From Mycoavidus cysteinexigens (GTDB lineage: Bacteria; Pseudomonadota; Gammaproteobacteria; Burkholderiales; Burkholderiaceae): 64,000 nucleotides of DNA. Positions 1 to 10,730 of the stretch are shown here, one piece after another. Within the stretch, counting starts at the first letter, position 1. Each line of letters opens with the position of its first letter. The notes below the pieces were generated by a model, which saw only the letters and a program-made list of their open reading frames with translations, made no database searches and was not told the DNA's origin. The stretch spans positions 78,772 through 142,771 of the forward strand of contig JASSUH010000002.1 of the NCBI GenBank assembly GCA_031963445.1, written 5' to 3'. The position numbers and the translations under genes are program-made.

Positions 1-139
1 AGCTAGTCACTCTCTCGCCGATTCGTCTGCAATATAACCGTATAAACAATGCGGCAAAATTCTCGCTAAACGGTGGTGAAATTAACGATTGCGGTGTGTA
101 AAAAAGAATTGTTATTTCTTTAATCAGCCTATGTTGTTT

Positions 140-1861
140 TTATAATATTCTTGTATGCGCTTTTTTAATGTTATCGAATTCTTCTTTATTTTCTTGAATT
201 AATTTCTCATACTCCAACCGCTTTTCCATAAATATCGGTGCTTCCTCCTGTAATGCGGCTATCTTTTCTTTTGGAAAAAAAGAAAATACTTTGATAGCGC
301 TGGAATATTTCAGTCTATTTTTCAAACATAAGATAATGATTATCTGTTCTGGTTCGAGACCACATTTAAATCCTTCTTCAATAAGCGGATAATGCTTCCG
401 CTCTCTGCTTCGTTTCGTGATTTCTATCTGATTCTTGTGAAATGCTAGTCGGCATCTATCGAGCTCTTCTTGGTTTTCTTTAATTAATTTTTCATACACT
501 AAACGACTTTTTCGGAACGTTGTCGCTTCCTGTGGAAGCACTGCTATCTTGTTTTTGGAAAAAGAATAAACTGTACTAACTGCCGTGGCATATTGAATAC
601 TATCTTTATGTTTAAGAAATAAAATACTGATTACTTGATCTACCTGAAAACCGCATTTAAATCCTTCTTCGATAAGGGGATAATATTTCTGTTTTCGGCT
701 TCTCTGAACAATATCTTTCCGATTTTTGAGGTACTCTCGTCGGCATTCATCAAGTACCTTCTTATTTTCTTTTAATAATTTCTCATACTCTATTTTCTTT
801 ACCTGGAAGGCCGGTGCTTCCTGCTGAAGGGCTGAAATCTTGTCTTTGGGTGAAGAAAAAACGACGGCAACAGCAGTTGCGTATTGAATGCTGTCTTTAT
901 GCTTCAGGAATAAAAGATTGATTACTTGCTCGATCTCGAGACCACATCTAAATCCTTCCTCGACCAATGGGTAATACTTCGACTCTCGACACTTCTGAGT
1001 AGCTTCGCCCTGATGTTGAAGATATGTCCCTCGGTACTCGTCGATTTTCTTTTTGTTTTCGTTAATTAGTTTTTCGTACTTTAGACGTTTTTCCTGGGAT
1101 GCAGAAACGTCTTGTTGAAGCGCAGTCATCCTATGTTTGGGAAAAGAAAAAACAGCAGCAGCAGCGCTAGAATATTGAATGCTATCCTGGTATTTAAGGA
1201 ACAAGATAGCAATTACCTGTTCTGGTTCTAGTCCGCATTTAAATCCCTCTTCAATAAGAGGGTAATATTTCCGTTCTAGGTTTCGTTGCCTGGCTTCCGT
1301 CGTATATTGGGAGTATGCCTCTCGATACTCATCAAGTTGTGCTTTATGTTCATGAAGTAATCTGCTGTATTCCTGACGCTTTTCAGTATCGTGGCTTGAG
1401 TTCTCCTGTCCTACTACTTTGCTTAGCAAGTGTTTAACAGCCACAAAGTGACGTCTATAAATGTCAGCTTTAAGGTGCCCCTCGATTTCTTTTGTAAGGG
1501 ACCCATCTTTCAGCAGGATTAATCTAACGATAGCATCGGCATCTCTATCTTTCTCTCCATATCCAGCTTTACGCGCCTCTGCAAAAATGCGCCTTCTTAG
1601 TGCATACAAGGTAGTTTGAGTATGCCGCTGATTTGAAGAAGCATTAGCTTGGCCTCTGGCATTCGCTTGTAGGCGTATAGACTGCGCTTGTTCAAAGCAA
1701 TTTACAGATATTTTTAATAAATCATCATAGCCGTCCTTCTGGCTTAGAGGGATAGTCACATCTTCTATCTCGTTCAATGTCTTAGCAGAATTAGAGTTAG
1801 CCTTCTGACTATTTCTTGATTGCAGTGGTAATTCATAAGATTGCGCCAGATTTTTGTCCAT
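140..1861 (-). CDS. Tandem-repeat protein of unknown function (four ~97-aa repeats); candidate secreted effector
   Basis: Long ORF. The motif K(Y/H)YPL(I/V)EEGF(K/R)CG...ILFLK...SIQY...ALQ..., followed by a coiled-coil-like YEKLI.ENK segment, recurs four times at ~97-aa spacing. Confidence 0.6.
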   Translation of the reverse strand: MDKNLAQSYELPLQSRNSQKANSNSAKTLNEIEDVTIPLSQKDGYDDLLKISVNCFEQAQSIRLQANARGQANASSNQRHTQTTLYALRRRIFAEARKAGYGEKDRDADAIVRLILLKDGSLTKEIEGHLKADIYRRHFVAVKHLLSKVVGQENSSHDTEKRQEYSRLLHEHKAQLDEYREAYSQYTTEARQRNLERKYYPLIEEGFKCGLEPEQVIAILFLKYQDSIQYSSAAAAVFSFPKHRMTALQQDVSASQEKRLKYEKLINENKKKIDEYRGTYLQHQGEATQKCRESKYYPLVEEGFRCGLEIEQVINLLFLKHKDSIQYATAVAVVFSSPKDKISALQQEAPAFQVKKIEYEKLLKENKKVLDECRREYLKNRKDIVQRSRKQKYYPLIEEGFKCGFQVDQVISILFLKHKDSIQYATAVSTVYSFSKNKIAVLPQEATTFRKSRLVYEKLIKENQEELDRCRLAFHKNQIEITKRSRERKHYPLIEEGFKCGLEPEQIIIILCLKNRLKYSSAIKVFSFFPKEKIAALQEEAPIFMEKRLEYEKLIQENKEEFDNIKKAHTRIL

Positions 1862-2764
1862 TAGTCACCGTCGTTTAAAAGGCGATAGATGTCTGATAAA
1901 TAAATGTTTTCTGTCAATTTTATAAAAATCTATTCTGTACAGAAATAAAAAAATTCTTATTCTCAATACATCTACTTCTGTAAAAGCAGCGTTTTCTTCT
2001 TAAGTTTTAAACTATCGGATCAAAATAAATTTTCTCTTACTGCTATAGTTTATATTCTTAATCAAAGTAAGAATATATTGGTTTTTCGAGAGTAGGCTAA
2101 TTCATAACATCCTAAATTATCGGTTTGCAAAACAATTTTTCCTTTTAAAAACACTGAAGTAGAGTCTGGTGTGTAAATTAAAGAAAATAGTTTTCAATGA
2201 TAAGAGGTGGTTTATGAGTTTCACAACTGTTATATTGCTCGACAATTTACATAAATTATTTTATAAAGCCAATATAAGTAAAGAGCTAAATAATAAGGAA
2301 AAAATACAGTTAACAGATTCAAGTCGCCTTGATAGCTTCAGACGTGATCCAACAAACGGAAAAATAAATCAGATAAACAATAATAGTACTAAAAAAAGAT
2401 CAATGCGCCATTAATTTATTTAGATATAGTCATGAAAAAATTCATTTTTATATAATCTAGTTTGGTAATTTAATATAGAAATATTAGTTATTTTTATATT
2501 TTATAAATAGTATTTTTATTTTGCCTAAAAAAAGAGATCGGTATCTTCTGTGCAGCCTTTTCCGGGTATTTGTCGTATAGCAGCAAACTTGCCGGATGAC
2601 TTCCGGAACCTATCCGGTTAGGGGAAGCAAGCCATTTCTCTTAAGCCGGCTCGCATAAAGTGCTGTAAAGCCATGCTAGCCAAGCTAAACTTCTGCCCTT
2701 TCAATATTCATAGAAATATTTTGCGAGCAGCGTCTGTCTGCCGCAACAATAAAAACGAGACAAA

Positions 2765-5700
2765 TTGGAGGAAAAATTGTTTAGCTTATTGAGAGTTAGG
2801 GCTTCGAATTCGTCATTTAGTAACGTGAATCAACCTTCGCCAGCAACCACGTCTGTGCAAGATCTGTTGGACGATGCCCGAAAAGATGAGAGGGCTAAAA
2901 AATTCGATGAAGCGGAAAAGAAGTACCAACAATGTGTAGAAGTAGCCGAAGCCCAAGGTATAGAAAGCACATTGACTGATGTGTATCTTGAATATGCCAA
3001 CTTCTTATATCAAATCGGGAAAGATTCAGAAGCACGCGGATTCATGAATGAGTTCAACCAACTTATTGCATCGCGTTCACCAGTCAGTCACTCACCGTCG
3101 TTTACCTCTTCTTTTTTTACTTCCCAACAAGCATCCATTGCTCCTCAACTGGAATACGACGTCGTAACATGTGTTGAAGAGCTAGAGGAAACACGTCACC
3201 TTGCTTGGCATTTCGAGCAAAAGAGTCGTTCGTCGGTACTAAGTGATCAGGCATTGCGAGAAAAAATAGAGCAAGTAAATAGACATTTTAAAGAACATAC
3301 AAAAGTACTCCCTGTTATTCATGAGTATCTGGCACTAAGGGATATTGATGATTTGGAATTACATCGTACCCTCACGAATGCCATGCTCCAGTCGCTAAAG
3401 CTCGATAGAAACGGGCTACTGGATCTCAAATTATTGGAAGGGTTATCGGTACTGCTACTTAATCGTCCGCATTTAACCCATGATGAGCAGCGTGCTGGAG
3501 ATTACGTAAGATTGCTTCAGACATTAATTGGCCCCTTAGAAACCGTTCATATTGATAATCAGAACTTGTTGCAATTACACGCCTTGCTACGAACGATATC
3601 TCTGTTGCTTGATCAAATGGTAACGACCAGGGTTAAAGGGCTAGAGCGAGCTCAGGTTCAAGAAAGGCTTTTATTGGCATTCGAGAGGTTTGAAAAATAT
3701 CCTGAATTTTCTTGGCCTGTCACGTATGCCCGACAGGCGCTCGCCCATATACCTAATGATGAGTCTTTTTTTGAGAAAGTAGCGCGTCATATCAATCCTA
3801 CTGTTGCCGGAGGATTATATTTAGTGGGCGGGGTCTTTAAACTTGTTGCTGCAGGTATGGCTAGTCCTGAGAGCCCCGCGCTAGCAGTCATGATTGCAGG
3901 CTTTGAGCCGGATCGTTTCTTAGATGCGCTACGTTCTTTTTGGCAAGAATATCAACAGATTACTTCATCCCGTACGGAGCCTTGGTATATTCAGTTGCGT
4001 GAGTTAGATGGGTTAATAGGCATGGGATTAGCTAAGGGCCGTTTAGACTTGATTGAGAAATTTATAGTTGACAACGCACCTAAGCAAATTGAAAAGTCGT
4101 ATCACGAGAATTTTCTACGCGGCTTATGTGATCGTTTAGAGCGTCTAGCCTATGCAACCGCTGATTTACCTGCCCAAGAAGAGACAATTAAATTCCTCAA
4201 TGCTTTGCAGGAAGGCAAATTTGCCTGGGGTAAGCATCAGGCGATCAAAGAGTACGCGCAAACTGTGCTTAGTCGTATTAAAAAATGGCAAAACTTTAAT
4301 CTTGAGTCGATACGTAACGATGAAGCACCACCAGCCTGGCACGCGTTTTGGCAGGCTGCCCCTAATAGAACATTATTGAATGCTGTTCAGAAGAAAGGGC
4401 AGAGGCACGACAATATTGAAGCCCTTCCTGCGCAAATGCAGGACGTTAAATTAGCTCAAGCCAAATTAGCGCAATCTATTCAATCAAGCTTTGCACAAGT
4501 TACACAGAAGACGGAACACGGCAATGTACAGCTGCAAGGGATTGAAGCGGAAGTGACGAGATTAAGTGAGAAAATTAATCAACTTAACATCAGAGCAGTC
4601 GAAACAAGCAATCAATCACTCGATTCACTGCGCGCAGGTATTCGAGCATTGCGCGAGGATTATCGCCATAGCTTAAAAATAGATGGAATTAAAGATGCTT
4701 TAAGGCATTACGTTGCCCCAGAAGCGCAGGTAAGTGCTCACGCAACAGAACGTTTTGATTTACTTCGTAAGGTCCGTGAATTCTCACAATCAGATAAAAA
4801 AGTTTTGCTTCTATTAGGTCCGGCAGGCTCAGGTAAATCCACATTTATGCGCCATCTCGCCATCGCTTCGTGGAAAGCTTATGGTCGAGATAAATCTAAG
4901 CCCATTCCACTATTTATCCGCTTAGCAGAACGCCCCTCTTTTGACGGAGATTTGATTGCTCAATATTTGCGAGAGCATGGTTTTCAGGACGTAGATATTG
5001 AGACATTGCGTAAAAATCAGAAATTTATTTTTATCCTTGATGGATTTGATGAAGTCGAAAATCACGGCCAAGCTTTTAGTACAAAGAATCAATTACTCCG
5101 GTGGAAAGCAAAACTGATTGTCAGCTCGCGCCCCGAATATTTAGGCCCGAGATATCACAAACAGTTTCAAGCAAGAGATCAAAGAAATACGCTGCAAGAG
5201 TATTGGCTTCCGTCTATTTCAGATAACTGGATTAAAAACTATATAGAAAAATATGTTGAGTCTACTGACGGCGCAGCACAGGGTTGGGATGTTTCGCGCT
5301 ATCAAGCAGCTATAGACAAATTCCCATCGCTAAAAGAATTGATACGCCGTCCCTTCTTATTGCGGATGGCCTTAGAGGTACTGCCAGAGATAGAAGAACA
5401 AGAAGAAGCGGCTTCTATCAAACAAACCACTCTCTTCGATAAATTTATAGAGTGCTGGTTGGACCGTGCGCAAGAGCGTTTACAACATATTAATTTGTCC
5501 TTGGAAGAGAAAGAAGCGCTAAATAAATTAGGAAAGAATCTAGAAGCAGAAATTCTTCGCGCTATTCAAGAAATGGCCGTGTCCTTGACCAAAGCGCACA
5601 CAACCCAAGCTGTTCATCATGAAGCGGGTTTAGTCTCTCCTGCAGAATGGGAGCCTTACCTTAAAGGCGACGTCCAGAAGCGTTTATTGTTTTTAAATGC

Positions 5701-7648
5701 TCCACTAATACGCCAAGGCCAACAGTACCGCTTTATCCATAAATCACTTCAAGAGTATTTAGTGGCACGGGCTATCTGGTCGCAATCTAAAGGCTTGCCA
5801 TTACAAAAGCAAATAGATCAGAGCCAAGCTTTGCTGGGTCAATTTGTGTTGACCAAAGAGCCAGCCATTCTTGAGTTATTAGTGGAATATACGCAAAAGC
5901 ATGTTGATTTTGCAGAGTATCTGCGCGACTGGATTGAAGCCTCTAAAGCAGAAGATGCAACGGATGAACTAAAGCAAGCCGCCGCTAATGCAATGACGAT
6001 ACTGGTACAAAGTGGAAGGGATTTCAATGGCGAAGACTTGGCGAATATAAAGATTTCTGGTGCAGATATTAGTTTTGGGAAATTTGATCATGCGATTTTA
6101 AAAGGGGCGGATTTGACAGCGGTAACAGCCCGTCAAGTTTGGCTGCGCAACGCTGATCTGAGTCAGGCCAATTTACTTGATATCAACTTTGGAGAAATGC
6201 CTTATATCGGAGAGAAGGAAGTAGTGCGTACGTTAGCCTACTCTCGCGATAATACTTTGTTAGCAGCAGGTTTATTTGAAGGGCCAATTGATATCTACCA
6301 GATTGCGACTGGGCGAAAAATTCTGACGTTGAAAGGCAAGGTAGAGAGGAGCTTAGCCTTCGCTTTTTCTCATGATAAAAAGCGCCTTATTTCAGGGGGA
6401 ATGGATCAGAAAATATATATATGGGATCTAGAAAAAGGGGGGCTAACTCATACATTTGAGGGACACAAGGATGCGATTACTAGTGTCAATTTATCCTCGG
6501 ATGAAAAATATATTGTCTCAGGCAGTGAGGATCATACGGTACGTGTTTGGAATATTGCCGAAAACAGGCTGATGTATACGCTCACCGGACATAAGGATGA
6601 CATTAGCGGTGCAATGTTTTCTACAGATGGAAAATATATTGTCTCTGGAAGCTTTGATAAAACAGTAAGAGTTTGGGATGCTGATAACGGCACCTTGCTC
6701 TCAATCAAGGAGGGTGCTGATAACGGCGTGGAATTTATTGATATCTCTGCTGATGGAGAGCGCATTGTTTCAGGAGATTTCGACGGTACAGTATGGGTAT
6801 GGGATAAAAATAAAACTGCGCCTATACATATCTTGAAAGATCACACGCACCCCATTTATGGAGTACGTTTTGCTGACAATGATGGCCGAATTGTTTCTAT
6901 CGACAAATTAGGAATAGTGAAGGTGTGGGACGCACATGACGGTTATTTATTAGATAGTTTGTTAAGACATCATGATGAAATGAGCTACACCATGCTGTCT
7001 CACGATGCTCAGCTCGCTACGTCGATAGGCAAGCATAGCGTAAGGCTTTGGGAGGTCGATACAAATCGGCCTTCACGAAAACTTGCTGAGACGTATAGCT
7101 ATGCTCCTTTTGCGGTGGCAAGTGCTCCAAAATCGTCAATTATCGCGTCAGCCAATGAGGATGGCACACTATGCCTCTGGGACGCAAAAACAGCAAAACT
7201 TCAACGTACTCTGAAGCATGAGTTATCACCTAAAGCCGTTGTGCTTAGTATGTGCCTTTCCCCTAACGAAAAGCACATGGTCTCAGCTGATACAAACGGT
7301 GCATTGATGTTATGGAATACATTAACCGGTGAGCGTCTGTGGCATTGGAATAATGATGAGCATATTTCTGCATCAATACAGAGCGTAGAATTTTCTGCTG
7401 ATGGCAAGCGCATTATTTCAGGAAATGAAGACGGAAGAATTCGTTTATGGGAGCTAGAGAAAAAGGAACCCGTATGGATTTCACCAAAGCAGGAAGAAGG
7501 CGACGATATTTATCGCGTGAAGTTTTCTGCAGATGGGAAGCGTATCGTTTCGATAGGCAACGATGAGAGATTATGTATATGGGATGTGGAAAAAAGCATA
7601 CCTATATGGACCTCAGCCAAGCAAGACGAGGGCAACGCGATTTTATAG
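2765..7648 (+). CDS. NACHT (STAND) NTPase - pentapeptide repeat - WD40 protein with a large N-terminal TPR-like domain; 3' end displaced by frameshifts
   Basis: Walker A GPAGSGKST and Walker B FIFILDGFDE. Pentapeptide-like run ISGADISFGKFDHAILKGADLTAV...NADLSQANLL, then many WD40 units (GH...SGS.D.T..VWD). The start is uncertain: TTG at 2765, or TTG at 2777, which is preceded by GGAGG. Confidence 0.85.
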   Translation: MEEKLFSLLRVRASNSSFSNVNQPSPATTSVQDLLDDARKDERAKKFDEAEKKYQQCVEVAEAQGIESTLTDVYLEYANFLYQIGKDSEARGFMNEFNQLIASRSPVSHSPSFTSSFFTSQQASIAPQLEYDVVTCVEELEETRHLAWHFEQKSRSSVLSDQALREKIEQVNRHFKEHTKVLPVIHEYLALRDIDDLELHRTLTNAMLQSLKLDRNGLLDLKLLEGLSVLLLNRPHLTHDEQRAGDYVRLLQTLIGPLETVHIDNQNLLQLHALLRTISLLLDQMVTTRVKGLERAQVQERLLLAFERFEKYPEFSWPVTYARQALAHIPNDESFFEKVARHINPTVAGGLYLVGGVFKLVAAGMASPESPALAVMIAGFEPDRFLDALRSFWQEYQQITSSRTEPWYIQLRELDGLIGMGLAKGRLDLIEKFIVDNAPKQIEKSYHENFLRGLCDRLERLAYATADLPAQEETIKFLNALQEGKFAWGKHQAIKEYAQTVLSRIKKWQNFNLESIRNDEAPPAWHAFWQAAPNRTLLNAVQKKGQRHDNIEALPAQMQDVKLAQAKLAQSIQSSFAQVTQKTEHGNVQLQGIEAEVTRLSEKINQLNIRAVETSNQSLDSLRAGIRALREDYRHSLKIDGIKDALRHYVAPEAQVSAHATERFDLLRKVREFSQSDKKVLLLLGPAGSGKSTFMRHLAIASWKAYGRDKSKPIPLFIRLAERPSFDGDLIAQYLREHGFQDVDIETLRKNQKFIFILDGFDEVENHGQAFSTKNQLLRWKAKLIVSSRPEYLGPRYHKQFQARDQRNTLQEYWLPSISDNWIKNYIEKYVESTDGAAQGWDVSRYQAAIDKFPSLKELIRRPFLLRMALEVLPEIEEQEEAASIKQTTLFDKFIECWLDRAQERLQHINLSLEEKEALNKLGKNLEAEILRAIQEMAVSLTKAHTTQAVHHEAGLVSPAEWEPYLKGDVQKRLLFLNAPLIRQGQQYRFIHKSLQEYLVARAIWSQSKGLPLQKQIDQSQALLGQFVLTKEPAILELLVEYTQKHVDFAEYLRDWIEASKAEDATDELKQAAANAMTILVQSGRDFNGEDLANIKISGADISFGKFDHAILKGADLTAVTARQVWLRNADLSQANLLDINFGEMPYIGEKEVVRTLAYSRDNTLLAAGLFEGPIDIYQIATGRKILTLKGKVERSLAFAFSHDKKRLISGGMDQKIYIWDLEKGGLTHTFEGHKDAITSVNLSSDEKYIVSGSEDHTVRVWNIAENRLMYTLTGHKDDISGAMFSTDGKYIVSGSFDKTVRVWDADNGTLLSIKEGADNGVEFIDISADGERIVSGDFDGTVWVWDKNKTAPIHILKDHTHPIYGVRFADNDGRIVSIDKLGIVKVWDAHDGYLLDSLLRHHDEMSYTMLSHDAQLATSIGKHSVRLWEVDTNRPSRKLAETYSYAPFAVASAPKSSIIASANEDGTLCLWDAKTAKLQRTLKHELSPKAVVLSMCLSPNEKHMVSADTNGALMLWNTLTGERLWHWNNDEHISASIQSVEFSADGKRIISGNEDGRIRLWELEKKEPVWISPKQEEGDDIYRVKFSADGKRIVSIGNDERLCIWDVEKSIPIWTSAKQDEGNAIL

Positions 7649-8143
7649 TATGGATCTCTCTAGCGATGGCAAGCGGGTTGTCCTAGGAGTCCGAAACGGA
7701 AAGATTCGAATTTTGAATATCGGCACAATGGCAGAGCCAAGAGTATTAGAAGGGCATACTTCGCCAATTGATGATGTGCGCTTCTCGCCCGATGAAAAAT
7801 TTATTGCCTCAGCAAGTCGAGATGAAACTGTAAAGGTGTGGGATGCTCACAGCGGTACTTGTTTAATGGTGATCAAAGGAGGGAATGATAGAGTTAGGTC
7901 ATTAGCCTGGCGGCAATCTAACCTCTGGAGGAGGGCTATGCGCTGATGACGCATGAGGGTACTAGGGCTGTAAATTTATGGCATCTTCCTAAAATACAAA
8001 AAGGGGAGCACGCCCACCTTGTCTGGAGTATCGGTGTGCCATCACTCGTACTCGATGGTGCTAATTGTGAGAAAGCGCAGGGGTTGATTGGCGATAAAGG
8101 CGAGAGAGATGCGCGTCTACTCAAACAGGCGGTGGCGGAATGA
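7644..8143 (+). pseudogene. Displaced 3' end of the 2765 NACHT-WD40 gene (last WD40 blades and C-terminal tail) lying in two other frames
   Basis: Frame 2 continues YSMDLSSDGKRVV...GHTSPIDDVRFSPDEKFIASASRDETVKVWD. Frame 3 continues EEGYALMTHEGTRAVNLWHL...LLKQAVAE. This is colinear with the C-terminus of the paralog at 14203..18273. Confidence 0.7.
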
Positions 8144-8231
8144 ACGTGCCTAAACCTCGATTAAAAGAGGGAGGTGCTTACAATTTATTTAAGCGGTATC
8201 ACCTTTTTTTCATAAAAAAACTCCACAATTA

Positions 8232-8261
8232 GGGGGGGTACATCCCCCAAGCATTTTTTTT
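8232..8261. terminator. Candidate intrinsic (bidirectional) terminator between convergent genes
   Basis: GGGGG-GTACAT-CCCCC hairpin followed by a T-run and preceded by an A-run. Confidence 0.45.
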
Positions 8262-8371
8262 GTTATATCGCCTCTAGCAGAAAGAAGTATTAATTTGGAC
8301 GCCTTGAACTCATCAGTTTTTGGGGCTGTATAGAGTGAGTTAAAAGCGTAATCTAAAGACAGCGTAAGTTT

Positions 8372-8806
8372 TTACATGTCTTTAGTTTCTACGCCATCTT
8401 CATTAAAAGTTGACGTGCTATTACTTAGGCTTAATACCTTGTCCGCTTGCAACCTTGCAATCATTTCTTCTGGTATCTCGACGCCAAATGAATGGACTTT
8501 ATCAGCAAAGGGATGAAAGATTGTCGTCATGTAAGAATACATTATTGCATCTTTAGGTATTCCAGTCCTAAAGATGGCTAATTCTTCTGCAAGGCGAATA
8601 AATTTACAGCTATCTAAATTGATGTCGTCTTTGAGGCTGCTATATAACGGGTTGTCTAGTAGAGAATGGCCTGCGGGATCAATAAGATCGCATTCCATAA
8701 AATACTGAAGGGTTCTATCCCATCCCACTACAACAGCTTTTTCCCATCCCACTGCATTGGCTCTTGGGTTGTTAATCGATGTTTTTAGTATGTACTGAGT
8801 AATCAT
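8372..8806 (-). CDS. Hypothetical protein; paralog of 33937..34305
   Basis: Shares ILKTSIN...GWDR.LQYF...PLYS.L.DD and a near-identical IPE.MIARLQADK.L.L.N..S.FNED segment with the second copy. Confidence 0.6.
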   Translation of the reverse strand: MITQYILKTSINNPRANAVGWEKAVVVGWDRTLQYFMECDLIDPAGHSLLDNPLYSSLKDDINLDSCKFIRLAEELAIFRTGIPKDAIMYSYMTTIFHPFADKVHSFGVEIPEEMIARLQADKVLSLSNSTSTFNEDGVETKDM

Positions 8807-8910
8807 TTTGTTTTTTCTCTACTCTGTTTTTTGGAAATAGAGTTATTAAGTGATTTTAAGTCAATACCTTCCAACGGTCGAGAAGACAGGCCATCCAATC
8901 TTCACCAAGC

Positions 8911-9156
8911 CTATCCACAGCCTGGATAATTGTGAATCCGTCCCGTTTTAAATAAATCTGCGCGATTTGCCGCTAGTGCAATATATAAACGCTCTCCCGT
9001 ACTTAACGGGTCGTATCGCCCTAAATCGTCGATGGCCACTTCTTCTACTAATTCATCAAGATATTTCAGCCGCTCAGTTCCCAATTTGCTCTCCCCTTTT
9101 CTTGTGCTATCGCCTTTGGCGTATGCATTGCCAAGTGCGTCAGATAACGCCCACAA
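8911..9156 (-). pseudogene. Short ORF, probably a remnant of a decayed gene (region 8.9-9.6 kb has broken frames)
   Basis: Reading on the minus strand continues upstream only across stops. No recognisable motif. Confidence 0.2.
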
Positions 9157-9608
9157 CCAGTAGTAATGCTTTATCTACTGTTTTATATTTCCGTTAGAGT
9201 TCTCAATCCACTAAAAACTGTTTAACCCCTGCCTTTTGAGCGGCAGATAGCAGATCGCTATGCTGCACTCCTTTGTAAAAACTTAGAAAGCTCCCCATCT
9301 TCTGATGAAATGTCGTGGTTGAGTGAATCGATAGCCTTATTATTCATATTTGGAGATTCTTAGCTGGAAATTTCAAGAGATATTGATGTATCCGTTAATT
9401 TTCTTTTACCAGCCAGGATACAAGGCATATAACGCGCGAAATCCTCAAAGGCTCCATGCTTAAGGAGTCTCTCTATTCCTTCTACCGCGCTCCATTCTTT
9501 GAGCGCATTTGCATCCAAGGATTATCAGCACTTGGATTATATAAGGTCGCGATCGTTGCCGTCATTAATTGGCCCACTTTCAGTAACTCTCGATAATCGT
9601 CTTGCCAT

Positions 9609-10034
9609 TTAGCGCACCCATTCACCTAAAAGGATTTTGCTGCTCTCATTTAGTATCTCGAATAAAAAATAGTATGAGAAGGAAGGCAAACTAGATATAA
9701 AAAGCAGTCCGTAACCAACCCAAGCTGTCTGGTAGGGGGTAACTAATGGTGTCTCTAAAAGATTATAAACGCTTGTTATAAAGTGATAACCATAGAACAG
9801 GAGCACCAATGCACTAGCTGTTCCCAAAAAGAAAACTAAGAGTTTTGGTGCCTCCCAAAAGCTTTTGTAAGCAAAACTTATTTCTCGTCGTAGCGGAAAG
9901 ACTAACGCCGCAACGATAGATAATATTGCCCATAATTGCCAGGCAACCATCGGCTTTAGATGAACCTCTTTCACTTTGAGAAAATCCGGAATAACTGTCA
10001 CAAATAGCCAGCCGTAAAACATATAAATTAGCAA
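9609..10034 (-). CDS. Small integral membrane protein (about four hydrophobic helices)
   Basis: The ORF contains successive hydrophobic ~20-aa stretches. No other motif. Confidence 0.45.
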   Translation of the reverse strand: MLIYMFYGWLFVTVIPDFLKVKEVHLKPMVAWQLWAILSIVAALVFPLRREISFAYKSFWEAPKLLVFFLGTASALVLLFYGYHFITSVYNLLETPLVTPYQTAWVGYGLLFISSLPSFSYYFLFEILNESSKILLGEWVR

Positions 10035-10337
10035 ACCAGCAGATGCTTGAAAATCCTATAACTGCAAGCCTATGTTTATTAAATTCGTATGGTGTAGCAG
10101 ATTCATTTATGTCTTGACCGATGGACGCATAATGGACTCACTCATGTTTACCTTTAATTCGGTTTGTTAAGATCTAAAAAGTCATGCCGCCATTAACGCG
10201 GATGTTAATTGCAGGTGCTTTGGGAATTTTGGTTCTTGCAGGTCAGTCTGTATACCTTGTCCCCATACTAGCACCCATAAATTGAATTAATTATATTATA
10301 ATGCTATTAATAATTTACAATTTTTTTGTCCGAATAA

Positions 10338-10730
10338 CTATTGTTCCCAATCTTCAACGCTTAATTTTGGTATACGCGCAAATTCTCGTAGGTTATGGGT
10401 AATAAGCGTCAAATTGCGTGCTCTCGCTTGCCCCGCAATCAATACATCATAGGGGCCAATAGGTGTTCCTTGTATCGCTAAATAAGCCCGTATTTCTGCT
10501 GCTTGCTTTGCATCTTCCGTATCAAGCTCTAATACTTCAAATTGCAATTGATTAACCACCGCTAAATTTTTATCTATTTTTTGGCTTTTATAAGCCCCAT
10601 AAAATAATTCATGTATGACAAGCGCAGATATCCCAAATTTATCAGGAGAATGCTGCTGAAGATGGGTAAGTAATCCGCTGTGGCCTTTTAATAGCGCAAT
10701 AATGGCATTGGTATCGAGTAAATATTTCAT
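10338..10730 (-). CDS. vapC: Type II toxin VapC (PIN-domain ribonuclease)
   Basis: MKYLLDTNAII start and the acidic PIN residues (D in LLDTN, E in HEL, D in YDVLIAG). Its start has a 4-nt overlap with the stop of the upstream antitoxin ORF. Confidence 0.9.
   Translation of the reverse strand: MKYLLDTNAIIALLKGHSGLLTHLQQHSPDKFGISALVIHELFYGAYKSQKIDKNLAVVNQLQFEVLELDTEDAKQAAEIRAYLAIQGTPIGPYDVLIAGQARARNLTLITHNLREFARIPKLSVEDWEQ

Noticed and set aside
2169-2414. 81-aa ORF in the AT-rich intergenic region
   Set aside because: GTG start with no Shine-Dalgarno sequence, low-complexity Asn/Lys-rich translation, typical of chance ORFs in AT-rich DNA.
4152-7413. Short nested or antisense ORFs inside the 2765 gene (4152..4379, 5839..6027, 6532..6765, 7201..7413)
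   Set aside because: They are embedded in a long ORF with strong domain motifs and have no independent support.
7563-7946. Independent 127-aa WD40 gene starting at the ATG at 7563
   Set aside because: Its first 28 codons overlap the preceding gene in another frame. The meaningful part begins exactly where the upstream frame is lost, so it is a frameshifted continuation.
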